This document shows, one piece after another, positions 40,133 through 50,871 of a DNA stretch of 64,000 nucleotides (position 1 is its first letter; each line of letters starts with the position of its first letter). The position numbers and the translations under genes are program-made. Source of the stretch: Lingula anatina (Eukaryota > Animalia > Brachiopoda); contig CM120640.1 of NCBI GenBank assembly GCA_051362555.1, forward strand, positions 25,654,225 to 25,718,224, in the 5' to 3' direction. Below the pieces are notes generated by a model, which was not told the DNA's origin, searched no databases, and was given only the letters and a program-made list of their open reading frames with translations.

Positions 40133-42645
40133 TAGTCAGGCGGTTAAGTCCAAATTATATCCAGAATTGTGCAAAAGTTGATAAAAGCATGAAACTTTCC
40201 ATGATGAATGACCCTTAGGTGTTTGTCAATTTTGGATCGGGGGGCAACTCCAAAATTCACAAGTACCCGGATGAGACGCTTTCTTAAATATGCTGACTCA
40301 GCATTTTATGTACATTCAGATTTCATTAAAACGAGCACTAACAGTACTAATTATGATATCATAAATAGATTTAAAAAACGTACACTCACTGTGGACATCT
40401 ATGAGAGCAATGGTGACGTCACGATGACGTCACTGGTGATATTGCACAACTTAGAATGACAAATATCCACTTTCTCCTACAGGAACAATAGTCAAACTCT
40501 GTAATGTTTCTTTTCCGTAATTTTTTATAACAGAAGTGCATCCCTTAGGGTTAGAAAGGTAAAATTAGCTTGATTGCTACTTCCGAGACATTAAGCATAT
40601 TCAATATGGCCGTCAATTTTTGAGGAAAAAAAGAAAAACAACCAGAAGTCGACGGAAATACTTTATTTGGGGCTGTTGTGAATGTGTTTCATGTCGGAAG
40701 AACACAGTAGGGCACAAGACTACATCCTAGCACATTGTTGTTACTGATAAAAAACAAAATGGCCGCCAAAACATAGGGTAGAGGCAGAGGGTAAAGTAAA
40801 TCACCAAATCAGCATATTTCTAGTATCATCAGTCTAATTAACGGCATTTTCTTCTTTGATTTTTCCGTTCATCGTGATTTTTCGTTAGCTTTTATCCTAC
40901 ACTACCATTATATGCTTGTTTAATATTCAACTTATGTGTGGTGAGGGCGTAAGCCCTCCAAGTAGTCAGGTTACCAATCTATTTGGTCCCATAGTTGAAC
41001 AATACTATGTTTTTTCTGTAATAGTTTGAAAAAGAACTGCCCCTTTTTGGTCAGAAAAGTCAACTTAGCTTGGCTTTACTAACGTCTGGGACATTGGCAC
41101 TTTTCGTAACCCAAAATGGCTGCCAATTTTTACGCAAAATTACATACACTGTAAGTATTCATAGCAATTTACATCAAACTTATACAGTGCATGAAGATTC
41201 TTCATTTTAAAGTCTATTTGCATGTTTACAAATACAGAGGTGGTGTTTATTAGGGTTTTCTTTCACATAATCTGCAAGTCATTTTAATAGAAATAGCAAA
41301 ATAGCCACCAAAACGTCACGGAAAAGCCTGGGTCCCAATCCATTATGTTTTTTTTCAGCTGAAAAAGATTTTAAACTAATGAAATCTGCATATACATTGT
41401 ATGTTAGTAAAATAATACGCCTGTGGTCAATGCAGGCAACATAATAAAACAGATTGGTTAACTAGATGTTACAAAGAGGAAAGGAAATATGTTCGTCAAA
41501 TTTCTTCTTCCGTTAATCAGCCAGTCATCTCTTATGTGTCAACAGCAACCCCTTAATGTTTGAAAAATAAGGCTACTGACCAATGTAACGGCCAAAAAAT
41601 TGATGTCAAGTTGTAAAAATGCCTAAAGAGACAGCAAAGAGCAAGAGGGGAGAGGGGGATCGGGGACAAGCAAAGTATGATTGGGCTCACCATCTTTGAA
41701 CACTGCTGCGGATATAATGACCTTATCAAACATGCACCTGTTTTTATACCTCCCCCAAAACATCTTAACACGTAAGATTCCCGTGCAAAGGACGAGCAAC
41801 AGCCATAGGAAGCCAGCAAGGCTGCCCTACGCCTACTTGCGTTGCCCTTCCCTTGCCTGTACTCCTTGTACGCATAACGTACGTAGTGCACGATGCGGGA
41901 CACATGCTAAAGCCCGTCGGGCGCAGAGATACTTCTGACGTGCGGAGGCTGAGCTTCTCAAGTACTGTCCACGCAATTTCTTCTTGCGCACTAATTACAA
42001 TCACCAGTTACTTGATTTCTTCCCTACGATCTAGCTACGGCCCAGCCAGACGAGAGGAACCTAAAAAAAATTAGATCCTACTGTGTTTTTATGACGGGAA
42101 ATGTGTTCACAATAGCCACAAATAAACTATATCTGTCAACTCTTGGTTGTTTTTCTATTTTCTCTAAAAATTGACGGCCATATTGAAAATGCTCAAAGCC
42201 TCGGAAGTAGAAACCAAGCCAACTCAACCTTTCTAGCCCTCAAAGATGCATTTCTGTAATGAATGTTTACAGGAAAGATCATTGCAGGGTTCGACTATTT
42301 GGCATATGCGAGTGAGTGGGTATTTGTCATTTTGTATTGAGCAGTATCACCCAGTGACGTCATCATGATGTCATCATTGCTGTAATAGATGTTTACAGCT
42401 AGTGTACGTTTCTCAAATTTATTCATGTTATCATAATTAACGCCGGTAGTGCTCGTTTACGTGAATTCTGGATGTACACAAAACGCTGAGTCAGCATATT
42501 TTAAGAAAGCTGCTCATCCGGGTACTTGTGAATTTTGGAGTTGCCCCCCGATCCAAAATTGACAAACACCCGATGGTCATTCATCGTGGAAAGTTTCATG
42601 CTTTTATCAACTTTTGCACAATTTTTTGGCTTAGCCGCCTAACTA
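40133..42645. mobile_element. Academ-like non-autonomous transposon
   Basis: TAG...CTA termini, about 500-bp imperfect TIRs (40133-40630 versus 42160-42645) and a 3-bp TSD CCA. Confidence 0.85.
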
Positions 42646-43113
42646 CCACTGTACATGTTACATACTATTTATTCGACAGTAAATCGATAATCGACTTGCT
42701 TTTCATAACAGGAGAATTAATTTTCAACAGTGCATTCGCTCTTAATGTATACAAACACGCTTGCTGAAATGGCTAACTATTCTGAAAGAATATTGCCTCT
42801 GCGATTCCAATAAGTTAAAAAGTAAAACAAAATTTTCACCAATCCTAGCGCTGTGTTATACTTTCGAATTCTACCTTCAAATTACATCATATTCACAAGT
42901 GTTCTTTTTTTCGCTGGGTGACTACTGATGATCAACTTGATAAATTACTGACGATTTACAGGGAAAAGAATCTACATGTTCAATGAAGCATGGATTCGAA
43001 AGGAATAGCAGAGTCATTAAAAATTATGTCAGTTAAATAGGTTAGTATCTCGCGTAGCTGCCATTAAGTGGCTGACGATATCTATATGTATTCTTCCAGG
43101 TACTTGTACCGAT

Positions 43114-43349
43114 TCATCTACTTTCTGTAGGGTTTATTGACCAGTCTCTCTGTTCCCCTGAAAACTCGAGTTTTGACTGTGATTTGACTGTGATTCTGCT
43201 CCTCAGAAAAAAAATGCTTACAATATTCTCTTTTGACGACACTTCTGGTAGAATGCTAGTATGCGGTCCTTCAGGGCTGTAGTTTTCCGGGCACGACCAG
43301 TGCTGATGCCTGGTAGCATACAAAGCTTCATGTGACGCCGCTGGATGAT
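43114..43349 (-). CDS. Candidate C-terminal tail exon for the exon-2a isoform of the TRHR-like receptor
   Basis: Acceptor actaacgtttttaag|AT CAT CCA. It is open for 78 codons in exactly the phase left by the exon-2a donor (A|gtatgt) and is Ser/Thr-rich. No homology support. Confidence 0.4.
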
Positions 43350-43500
43350 CTTAAAAACGTTAGTTGAGTGATTCCAATGCGAATAGCACATATACATAAG
43401 TTAATAAAACTCTCCCTCATGCATTATTCGATACAATGCCACGCTTCAAAACTGATCAAGTTACTGTGCCACAAGAGTACACTTAGCCTGTCATTATGTT

Positions 43501-43677
43501 CAGACCCAGGCCAGGGGGGTTTCGGGGGGTTCGAAAGAACCGCCCTTTTTGCTGGGAAAAGGTCCACTCTGGGTAAAATTAGATCTATTTACTTGAGGAT
43601 TTTATGGTAAAAGGTCCACTTTTTCAGAAAACGAACCCCTTCCCCCCCCCCCTCTGAAATTGCTGGCTACGGGCCTG
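43501..43677. mobile_element. hAT-like MITE, inverted copy of 12843-13022
   Basis: Shared GGGGGTTCGAAAGAAC, AAAAGGTCCACTCTGGGTAAAAT and CTGGCTACGGGCCTG. Confidence 0.8.
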
Positions 43678-43910
43678 AGACCTGTAATACAGTGTGCACT
43701 ACTCTTACCAACTATTCTGCATTACTTGAGGATTTCTGTCTACTTTCGACTTGCAAATCGTTTATTGATCATTGCATTGCATGAGTGTATGCCATACTGG
43801 TACATGTACCAAGAACAGTGTAAAGACATTATACGTACTTCCAAGTGTGCCTTATTACGTTAGTAATCATTGTCAGACACTGGTGTTCTTGAAAAATTCA
43901 TTTATGGATA

Positions 43911-44219
43911 TCATCTGGAAATTGAGTCCTCTTTTTGCAGCTCAGAAAACGTTGTGTGAATGTTTGACCCTGTCCCAAACTTTCTCTTCACGGCAGAGCG
44001 GCACAGGAGTCTCTTAAACGCTATCTGGAACCTTTTCGACATGGCGTTGTACAAAATGGGGTTAATGGCAGAGTTCAAAAAGATCATCATTAAGCAAAAC
44101 AGTACGAACCATTCATTTAAGAACGGGCGTGATGAAACAGAGTTGTACACGACGAGACCTCTATAGGGAAGCCACAGGACTGCAAAGAGAACCACAATAA
44201 CGGCTAGCATTTTGACGAT
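43911..44219 (-). CDS. TRHR: TRHR-like GPCR exon 2b (TM6-TM7, helix 8 and C-tail)
   Basis: Acceptor ttcttttctag|ATC GTC AAA ATG. It encodes [20 protein letters not shown]...[19 protein letters not shown], with the stop at 43911 and AATAAA at 43766-43761. Joined to exon 1 it gives 397 aa. Confidence 0.92.
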   Translation of the reverse strand: MVKMLAVIVVLFAVLWLPYRGLVVYNSVSSRPFLNEWFVLFCLMMIFLNSAINPILYNAMSKRFQIAFKRLLCRSAVKRKFGTGSNIHTTFSELQKEDSISR

Positions 44220-45237
44220 CTAGAAAAGAAAGAGATTAAACAAGATCAAATAGAATGCTTAGAGTATACATTGCATGTGTATTTTAACTAGCAGCAGTAT
44301 GTTTGTCTTTAAGGACAATTTTATGCTTAATTATATGGTCACAAAAGCTACTGTAGTTAATGAATATTGCCAATGACAAATCCATTTAATATTTTAAATC
44401 ATAGAAAGTATTATGTAATAAGAAAGATAAATACTCAAAATTTGAAACTTCACTACCCTTTCAATGAATACCAACAATTACAAATTAGACTAAATTGTAA
44501 CATTCTAAAACTAACAATCATATCAGATATTTGTTTTTATTTTACATAGCCTGTTTTTACATAGGAGAAAATCATTAAAAATTTGATTAATGAAATTTCA
44601 TGCTGTTATAAACATAACAGTATCAGGATAACACAACCATAAATAATACAAAGCAGCAAACTCTAGTCACTACTTTTGGAATACACATCATAACCCTTTG
44701 TTGTTTCTGCTAATACTCGTGTCAATGTGCATAAATCATATTACTTTTGTGCATAAGTGCATTTCGTGGACGAAATATTAACAGTGCATACATGCAAAGG
44801 ATGTTGACTGGAGCAAACAGAAAATCATATTCCCAGAAACTGCATGCCAAAGAAAAAAAACGAAGAGGTGCAGATCTCACGATATATAACGTACTTGTAA
44901 ATTCATGCTATATTCCCTTATAATAATTGTTTTCTTACAATGACTCCTAAATTGCTATGGTTCCTGCTATTCAATACAACAATCCTAAAAGCAGTGTATG
45001 GAATAAACAACGGAGGAAGTTGTTTCAATTGGTTTTCTTATATATATACTGTATATGCACTAGTTAGCAGGGTTCTGCCTCATACAGTACAAATATCATG
45101 CATTTTACTACATACATGGTTTAGTTGTGCCTTTTGGAAATCCTGTTATTATGATGCCGTAGCGAGGCTTGAAGCAGATCTATCTTAAAACAGCTCTACT
45201 GATATCTCTGTCTAACATTTATAAAATCTCTATCTTA

Positions 45238-45935
45238 GGCCCCTATTTCACACAGACCACGAATCCCACGAATCGCCAAGAATTGACAAATTTCAGGATT
45301 CGTGAGGGTTCTTGAGGATTCGTGAGATTTTGCCAATTTTCTGGTCTAATTCGACACGCTCACGATTCAGTTACGATACAGGTACGATAGTGTTACGAAT
45401 ATTCGTGGGATTCGGCTGGAATCGTGAGATTTTGCCAATTTTCTGGTCTAGTTTGACACGCTCTACGATTCAGTTACGATACAGGTGCGATAGTGTTACG
45501 AATATTCGTGGGATTCGGCTGGAATCGCACGAATATTGTCCAGAAATTCATTACGATTTTATGGAATCGGGAGTTCGTGGCCAGAACTTTGAACAGCTCA
45601 AAATTTTTGCCACGAATTCCCGATTGATCAAGATTTGCAAGAACTGACTACGATTATATACGAATCTGTTAAGAACTTCACGACCTGATTACGATTCAAC
45701 CACGAATCCTGAAATCTTCAATTCCTGGCGATTCGTGGGATTCGTGGTCTGTGTGAAATAGGGGCATCAAAGTTTTTGCCACCAATTCCTGTTGGCCAAT
45801 AAGTGCAAGAACTGACTACGAATATATACGAATCTGTTAAGAACTTCACGAACTGATTACGATTCAACCACGAATCGTGAAATTTGTCAATTCATGGCCA
45901 TTCGTGGGATTCGTGGTCTGTGTGAAATAGGGGCA
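45238..45935. mobile_element. Harbinger-like MITE with duplicated right end
   Basis: The TIR GCCCCTATTTCACACAGACCACGAATCCCACGAAT is matched at about 45730-45766 and 45900-45935. TTA flanks and an internal tandem duplication of about 102 bp. Confidence 0.85.
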
Positions 45936-45976
45936 TTACATACATAAAATTTCATGCGCCATTGAACACAGATGTT

Positions 45977-46195
45977 TCACATACTTCTTCTTAAGGCCTC
46001 TCGAAAGCTAGTAGACATGATGTTGTAAATTATGGGGTTTATTGCGCTGTTTATAGAAATAAGCGTCCTGCACAATAGGAGAAGCCAGATATCCGTTTTC
46101 GGGCGGTCTGTCATAGAGTTGTAAACCATTAGTCCCCGATATGGAAGCCACAGGAAGGCAAATAAAACCACTATCACCATTACCATCTTCACAAC
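45977..46195 (-). CDS. TRHR: TRHR-like GPCR exon 2a (alternative TM6-TM7 and helix 8)
   Basis: Acceptor ctgttcctcag|GTT GTG AAG ATG. It encodes VVKMVMVIVVLFAFLWLPYR...LCR..INSAINPIIYNIMS..F. It ends either at TGA 45977 or at the donor AA|GTATGT at 45984. Confidence 0.88.
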   Translation of the reverse strand, partial: VVKMVMVIVVLFAFLWLPYRGLMVYNSMTDRPKTDIWLLLLCRTLISINSAINPIIYNIMSTSFREALRRSM

Positions 46196-46390
46196 CTGAG
46201 GAACAGTTTAGAATTGGAGAATGTTGAATTTAAGCGTTAAGTGTGAAGGAAATCTTGCTCAAACTAAGAACTTATCGTACAGAAGTCTATCTGGATACAA
46301 AAGAAAAACATATTTCAGCGCCCAGGCATTTACTCATAACCGACTTTGGTAACCGACTGTCCCCGCATTGTAGAAACATAGAAAATATTT

Positions 46391-46459
46391 TGTAGAGCCG
46401 CGTTTTGCAACTGAACGCATAAAGGCATTTTGCGTTCGGTTGCAAAATGCGGCTCTACA
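46391..46459. repeat. 29-bp-arm palindrome in the intron
   Basis: TGTAGAGCCGCGTTTTGCAACTGAACGCA, an 11-nt loop, then TGCGTTCGGTTGCAAAATGCGGCTCTACA. Confidence 0.85.
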
Positions 46460-48451
46460 GCTTAACCCAAAAGAGGATGGATTGTATGCAATTGCATTTT
46501 CTGTCTGCACAAGCCTTTTATACGTATCGATTATGTGGTTGTGGCCTTTACAAACAACTGCTTTTTTCTTGACTTAACAACTTAAATCTTCGATCACTCG
46601 GTCTTTGCTCAGTAATATATATCTGCAAAGGAAACAGAATTTGCAAAAGCATCGCTGATTTTTATAAAGAGCTACATTTGTAGAAAAGCGATCCAAGCTT
46701 TTCTATTGCTTTTCGATGTTCAAGTTGTGTGGGCGAAGGAAATACTAATCAGAATACAAGACTTAAAAGCACTTGAAGGCACTTAGTTTTACTTAGTCAA
46801 CATGTCGTCATTATGGATGTGCATTTAACCTTGGGCCGAGCACCAGCACTTACAGTTGGGCAGAAGGTGGGTATAGACAGCCACAAATCAATTAAAATAT
46901 GAATTAATCCAAGTATTCAATCACAATGAATTAGTTAAAATTAACTATCTGGAATATCTTATGCATGGAAAACAGGTTGTGCGATTTTTACAATCGGGCT
47001 CGTGTAAGTAAAACTGACCATACCCCTCTTAAAAATTAAAAAATGAACTGTCATATGCAATAAACATAACTGATGATGCGCAATTTGATTACACGTTTTG
47101 GTTACCATTACCAGCCTATTATCTGAACTGCTATTTGACAGAAACAACTTAATCAGCCGAAGATAGGAAAATGGCAGCATCAATTGATTGGAAATGATAC
47201 TTCTCGGAAATTATTATTTTACGCAATGCTATCATGGCATGGGATAAAGGATGAGCTTTAGACAGCAGACATCCTGTCAGCGACATTCAAATGTCCGTTC
47301 ATCCGTTTCCAGTTGGCAGCCAGGCGAGATTTATGAGAAATCGTAGCCTTGTCTAAAAATTCCACAGTATCAGGTAACAATCCAGCTGTGAAACTGACCC
47401 CATGATGTCTCATCATAATTAACCTCTTATTTCATAGTTTGTCAAATGGGAAATTATTCTACATGTACCAGATAAACGGATTTTTCCGGTGGAATGGAAA
47501 TGGACTACAGAGGGACAACTTGATATTGCTGAAACGCTCTCATACTTGAATTGAAAAGAATGTTTCTTTCAATAACTTCGTTGTTCGCCTCAAGTTTTGA
47601 AAATGCGTCATCAACGTGTATCATTTCATTGACAGACAATTCATCCTATAATATCTTTCTCGATCGCCTTAATTCCAGATAAAATTCCAAGACGTTCAAT
47701 AATGAAACCATGGATAATCTAACTTTCTATATTTATGATTTTGCCACTGAATTTTGATTTAATTCAGTTAGTTAATTCAGTTCAAAACAGGCTCTGTGAA
47801 ATTATTTCTGTTGCTTAAAATGTTCTATCAATGCGATATCAGCTCGTTTAATTATACACCATGATTCTATCAAAATAAAAATGCAAGACAATAGATGTCA
47901 ATGAATGTCATTGAGAGATAATTAAAGGATTACGCGGGCTTCCTTTCATGTAGGTCCGCCATATTTAGGTCTCGGCCTTGCTAGACCTCGGCTATTCTCG
48001 ATGTGAATGCTCTCAGTGAGACTAGGCTTATTTGCAGTAGCACCCAACAAATATTTTCTCCAAATCGTTCTTAAGCGAATGTTAAATGAAGATAACACGT
48101 TTCAGGGTGTTACTGACAATCATGACGGGGTGGCCTGGAGTGGTCGATCCATTCACCTTTCCAAGCTGGTTTCCATTATTCCAGCAGGAAAGCCGTTCAC
48201 CCAGTGCAAATCCGTTCTCCACTTGGTATAATTACTTGTACGTAAACCTTCAGTTTCCAGTTGGTAATGACCAGATAAACGGATTTTTGGGTGAACGGCT
48301 CTGCTGAGTGCCCCCCCCCCCTCGTATTTGCTCACCTGGTTAAAAAAGCATGTTAGTCATTTTGACTAAAAGCGTCATTCACTGAGATCAAAATATTTAG
48401 TCACCATCCACACATACACTTTTCATAACTAATAAATAACACAATGCCTAC

Positions 48452-49336
48452 TTGTATCCTAGAAGACGGGTTTTGTTCGCTTCTTGTAGAAGATTTTTTA
48501 TTAATGGACCCCATCTCTTCTCGATTTTTTTCATTCTTGCGATTGCGTCGTCTAATACTATCCGCCACAGCTCCCGTCCTCTCGCTGCTGAACAAGACCC
48601 TCCCTATCAGGAAATACAGCACTGCAGTGAGACACAGCGGAAGAATATAAAACATTACAAGATCCACCAAGTAATATACAAAGTAATGGTCTCTCTTGAG
48701 TTTATAGTCACAGTTATTGAACGTCGTTTCATTGACTTCATTTATAGGAGTGATTTTAGTAAGAGCTAACCAAGGTGCAGAGTAGAGCGCGCTGAATACC
48801 CACAAAGCAATGATGATCTTTTTGGCGCGTGAGATGGTACATATAGTATAAGCTTTCATCGGATGGCATATGGCTATGTATCTTTCTACAGTGAACGCTG
48901 TTATAGATAAAGAAGACACGTTGATTCCCATATAACTAAAAAATGTCAACAGGGCACATGAGACAATCCCGTATGGTATGATCCCATATTTGTAGAACTG
49001 TCCTAGTGTGAACGGCAAAGTGGCAGTGAGGAGCACTATACAGTCAGCGGCGGCGAGACTCACCAAGTAACAATTCGTGGTGCTGTGCATCGTCTTGGTT
49101 CGGGTAACCACCCAGATAACTAGCACGTTTCCCAGGATTCCCACCAAGAATATCAGGAATCCCAAGGTGATGGAAATGACTTTATGTGCAATATTGACTG
49201 CCGGAGCCGTAACATTTGAAAGTGGATTGTCGGTCGTATTTTCCATTGTGTTGTTTAAAGGGAAAACTGCAACCGCGATCTCTGCCGACTGGTCTTGAGC
49301 AGTGACGTTTACCGAAATAAATGGCCAGCCCTCCAT
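48452..49336 (-). CDS. TRHR: TRHR-like class A GPCR coding exon 1 (N-terminus to TM5/ICL3, 295 codons)
   Basis: Motifs GILGN, TNCYLVSLAAAD, YMGINVSSLSITAFTVERYIAICHPMKA..CT.SRAKKII, CDYK and Y..D...FY..P. It ends SSRIQ|gtaggc (phase 0), matching the vertebrate TRHR SSRKQ|VTKML junction as I recall it. The acceptor ttctttacag at 49482 gives 145 nt of 5' UTR. Several N-x-T sequons are present. Confidence 0.95.
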
Positions 49337-49582
49337 CTCCTATGAATGTGTTGTAGAAACTAGTTCAAATATTTTGCGAGACGATGTCACTTTTAAGTCT
49401 GAACTAACTAACCGAAGAGCAGGTATCCATATGTGCGTCGAAAATCAACACAGTCTAAAAGCCTTGTTTCAAAGACTCAGTCTGTAAAGAAGAAAAAAAA
49501 TGACATCATGCAAAATGGTGAAAATATAGGTACATGATTATTCGGTTAAAATCATTATTTTCCTCTTAGAAAAATGCCACTA

Positions 49583-49584
<2 letters not shown>

Positions 49585-49654
<70 letters not shown>
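49585..49654. repeat. (TA)n microsatellite
   Basis: About 35 units, directly visible. Confidence 0.98.
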
Positions 49655-49656
<2 letters not shown>

Positions 49657-49930
49657 TACTAAGATGACTTGCAAATCACAAAATGTCATTTACACAGCAA
49701 TATGTCTATGTCCAGACAAGCAGACTTATAGATAGAATTCGAGTTCATAAACAGCAGTTAAAAGACCCGAGTGTGCGAAACACCCCCTGCTCAGAAGACT
49801 TTGAAAAAATGTGGGCGTGGAAAACTTAGGATCTTCCCATTCTTTAAAGTAAATTCGAAAGATGAAAATGAACGCAGGGCAAGGGAAACGTATTTCATAC
49901 AGATATATTCAAGTCCATGTTAAAGTCATA
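49655..49930 (+). mobile_element. Penelope GIY-YIG 3' fragment
   Basis: Frameshifted translation TCKSQNVIY..QTSRLIDRIRVHKQQLKDP..PCSE..CG..RIFPFFKV..RRARETYFI. Confidence 0.75.
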
Positions 49931-50716
49931 ATAACTCTTCGTTTTGGCCAAAAATTGGATTTTCCTGGAAAAAACGGCAATTTTCCCGTACTTACCAATG
50001 GCCAACGACCCCATTCCTGCATTCAAAGTTAATCCAGGGTTTTTTTGCTAAACGTACGGTTTTTTGTTAAAATCTCTTAAGAGATTTTAACTGACGGAGC
50101 TCTCTCTGACATTGCAAAGTCACTGGTGACCTACTTAAAACCGCGGGAAAAGCAGACAACAACAACACTATATAAGATTCATGAGATATATTCGTCTTTT
50201 TGTTAAAAATGCATTTATATCCACAATGTGTGCCATTCTGGGCTTTTCGTTATCCGACGCACTGTACAAAAACTCGCAACTTACGTCTGAGGGCTTCCCG
50301 CCATTGTTATTTTGGTCTCGAATGAACGCGAGAATCCGCGTGACACCATTACGTCATTAGCAACGAATGCACTTGTCGACCGGAAAAAAGGGATCGAAAG
50401 CCCTATTGACAAGCACAGATTTTAGTTTTCCTACAATAACGGCCGTTTTAGTGGTAAAATACAATAGAATATATTTCCATGCGTTGTTTACAATGTATTT
50501 CATGCGGATTTTTGAATCTCAAAGGAAGAGTTATTATTGCTTTAAATGAAAAATAATCATTACAATTTAACTTAATAAAATTAATGAACAACAATTGACA
50601 ATCAATTATTGGACTGTCTAACACTGTTTATGCAACAAAGAAAAAAATTTGTCACTGTCTCTAAGATAAGACAAAAGACAATACAGTTGTCTAGTAACAA
50701 TAAATACAGAGTCATT

Positions 50717-50764
50717 TTATTGTCTGAAGGGCCTGAAAGAGGCGAAAACGTTTGCGACGAATAA
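50717..50764 (+). ncRNA. Degenerate hammerhead-like motif
   Basis: gt-CTGAAGG-GCCT-gaaag-AGGC-GAAA-ACGTT: perfect stem II and palindromic AACGTT, but the core box is damaged. Confidence 0.45.
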
Positions 50765-50832
50765 TTAACCATTCCAATCATTATGTGACTTGTTTTGACT
50801 TAAAATATATATTCCTGTATATAAAGAAAAGG

Positions 50833-50871
<39 letters not shown>

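Noticed and set aside
48401-48451. ORF-track C-terminus VGIVLFISYEKCMCGW, implying a 5-TM receptor
   Set aside because: This is read-through into the intron past the conserved Q|GT donor. TM6-7 lie in downstream exons.
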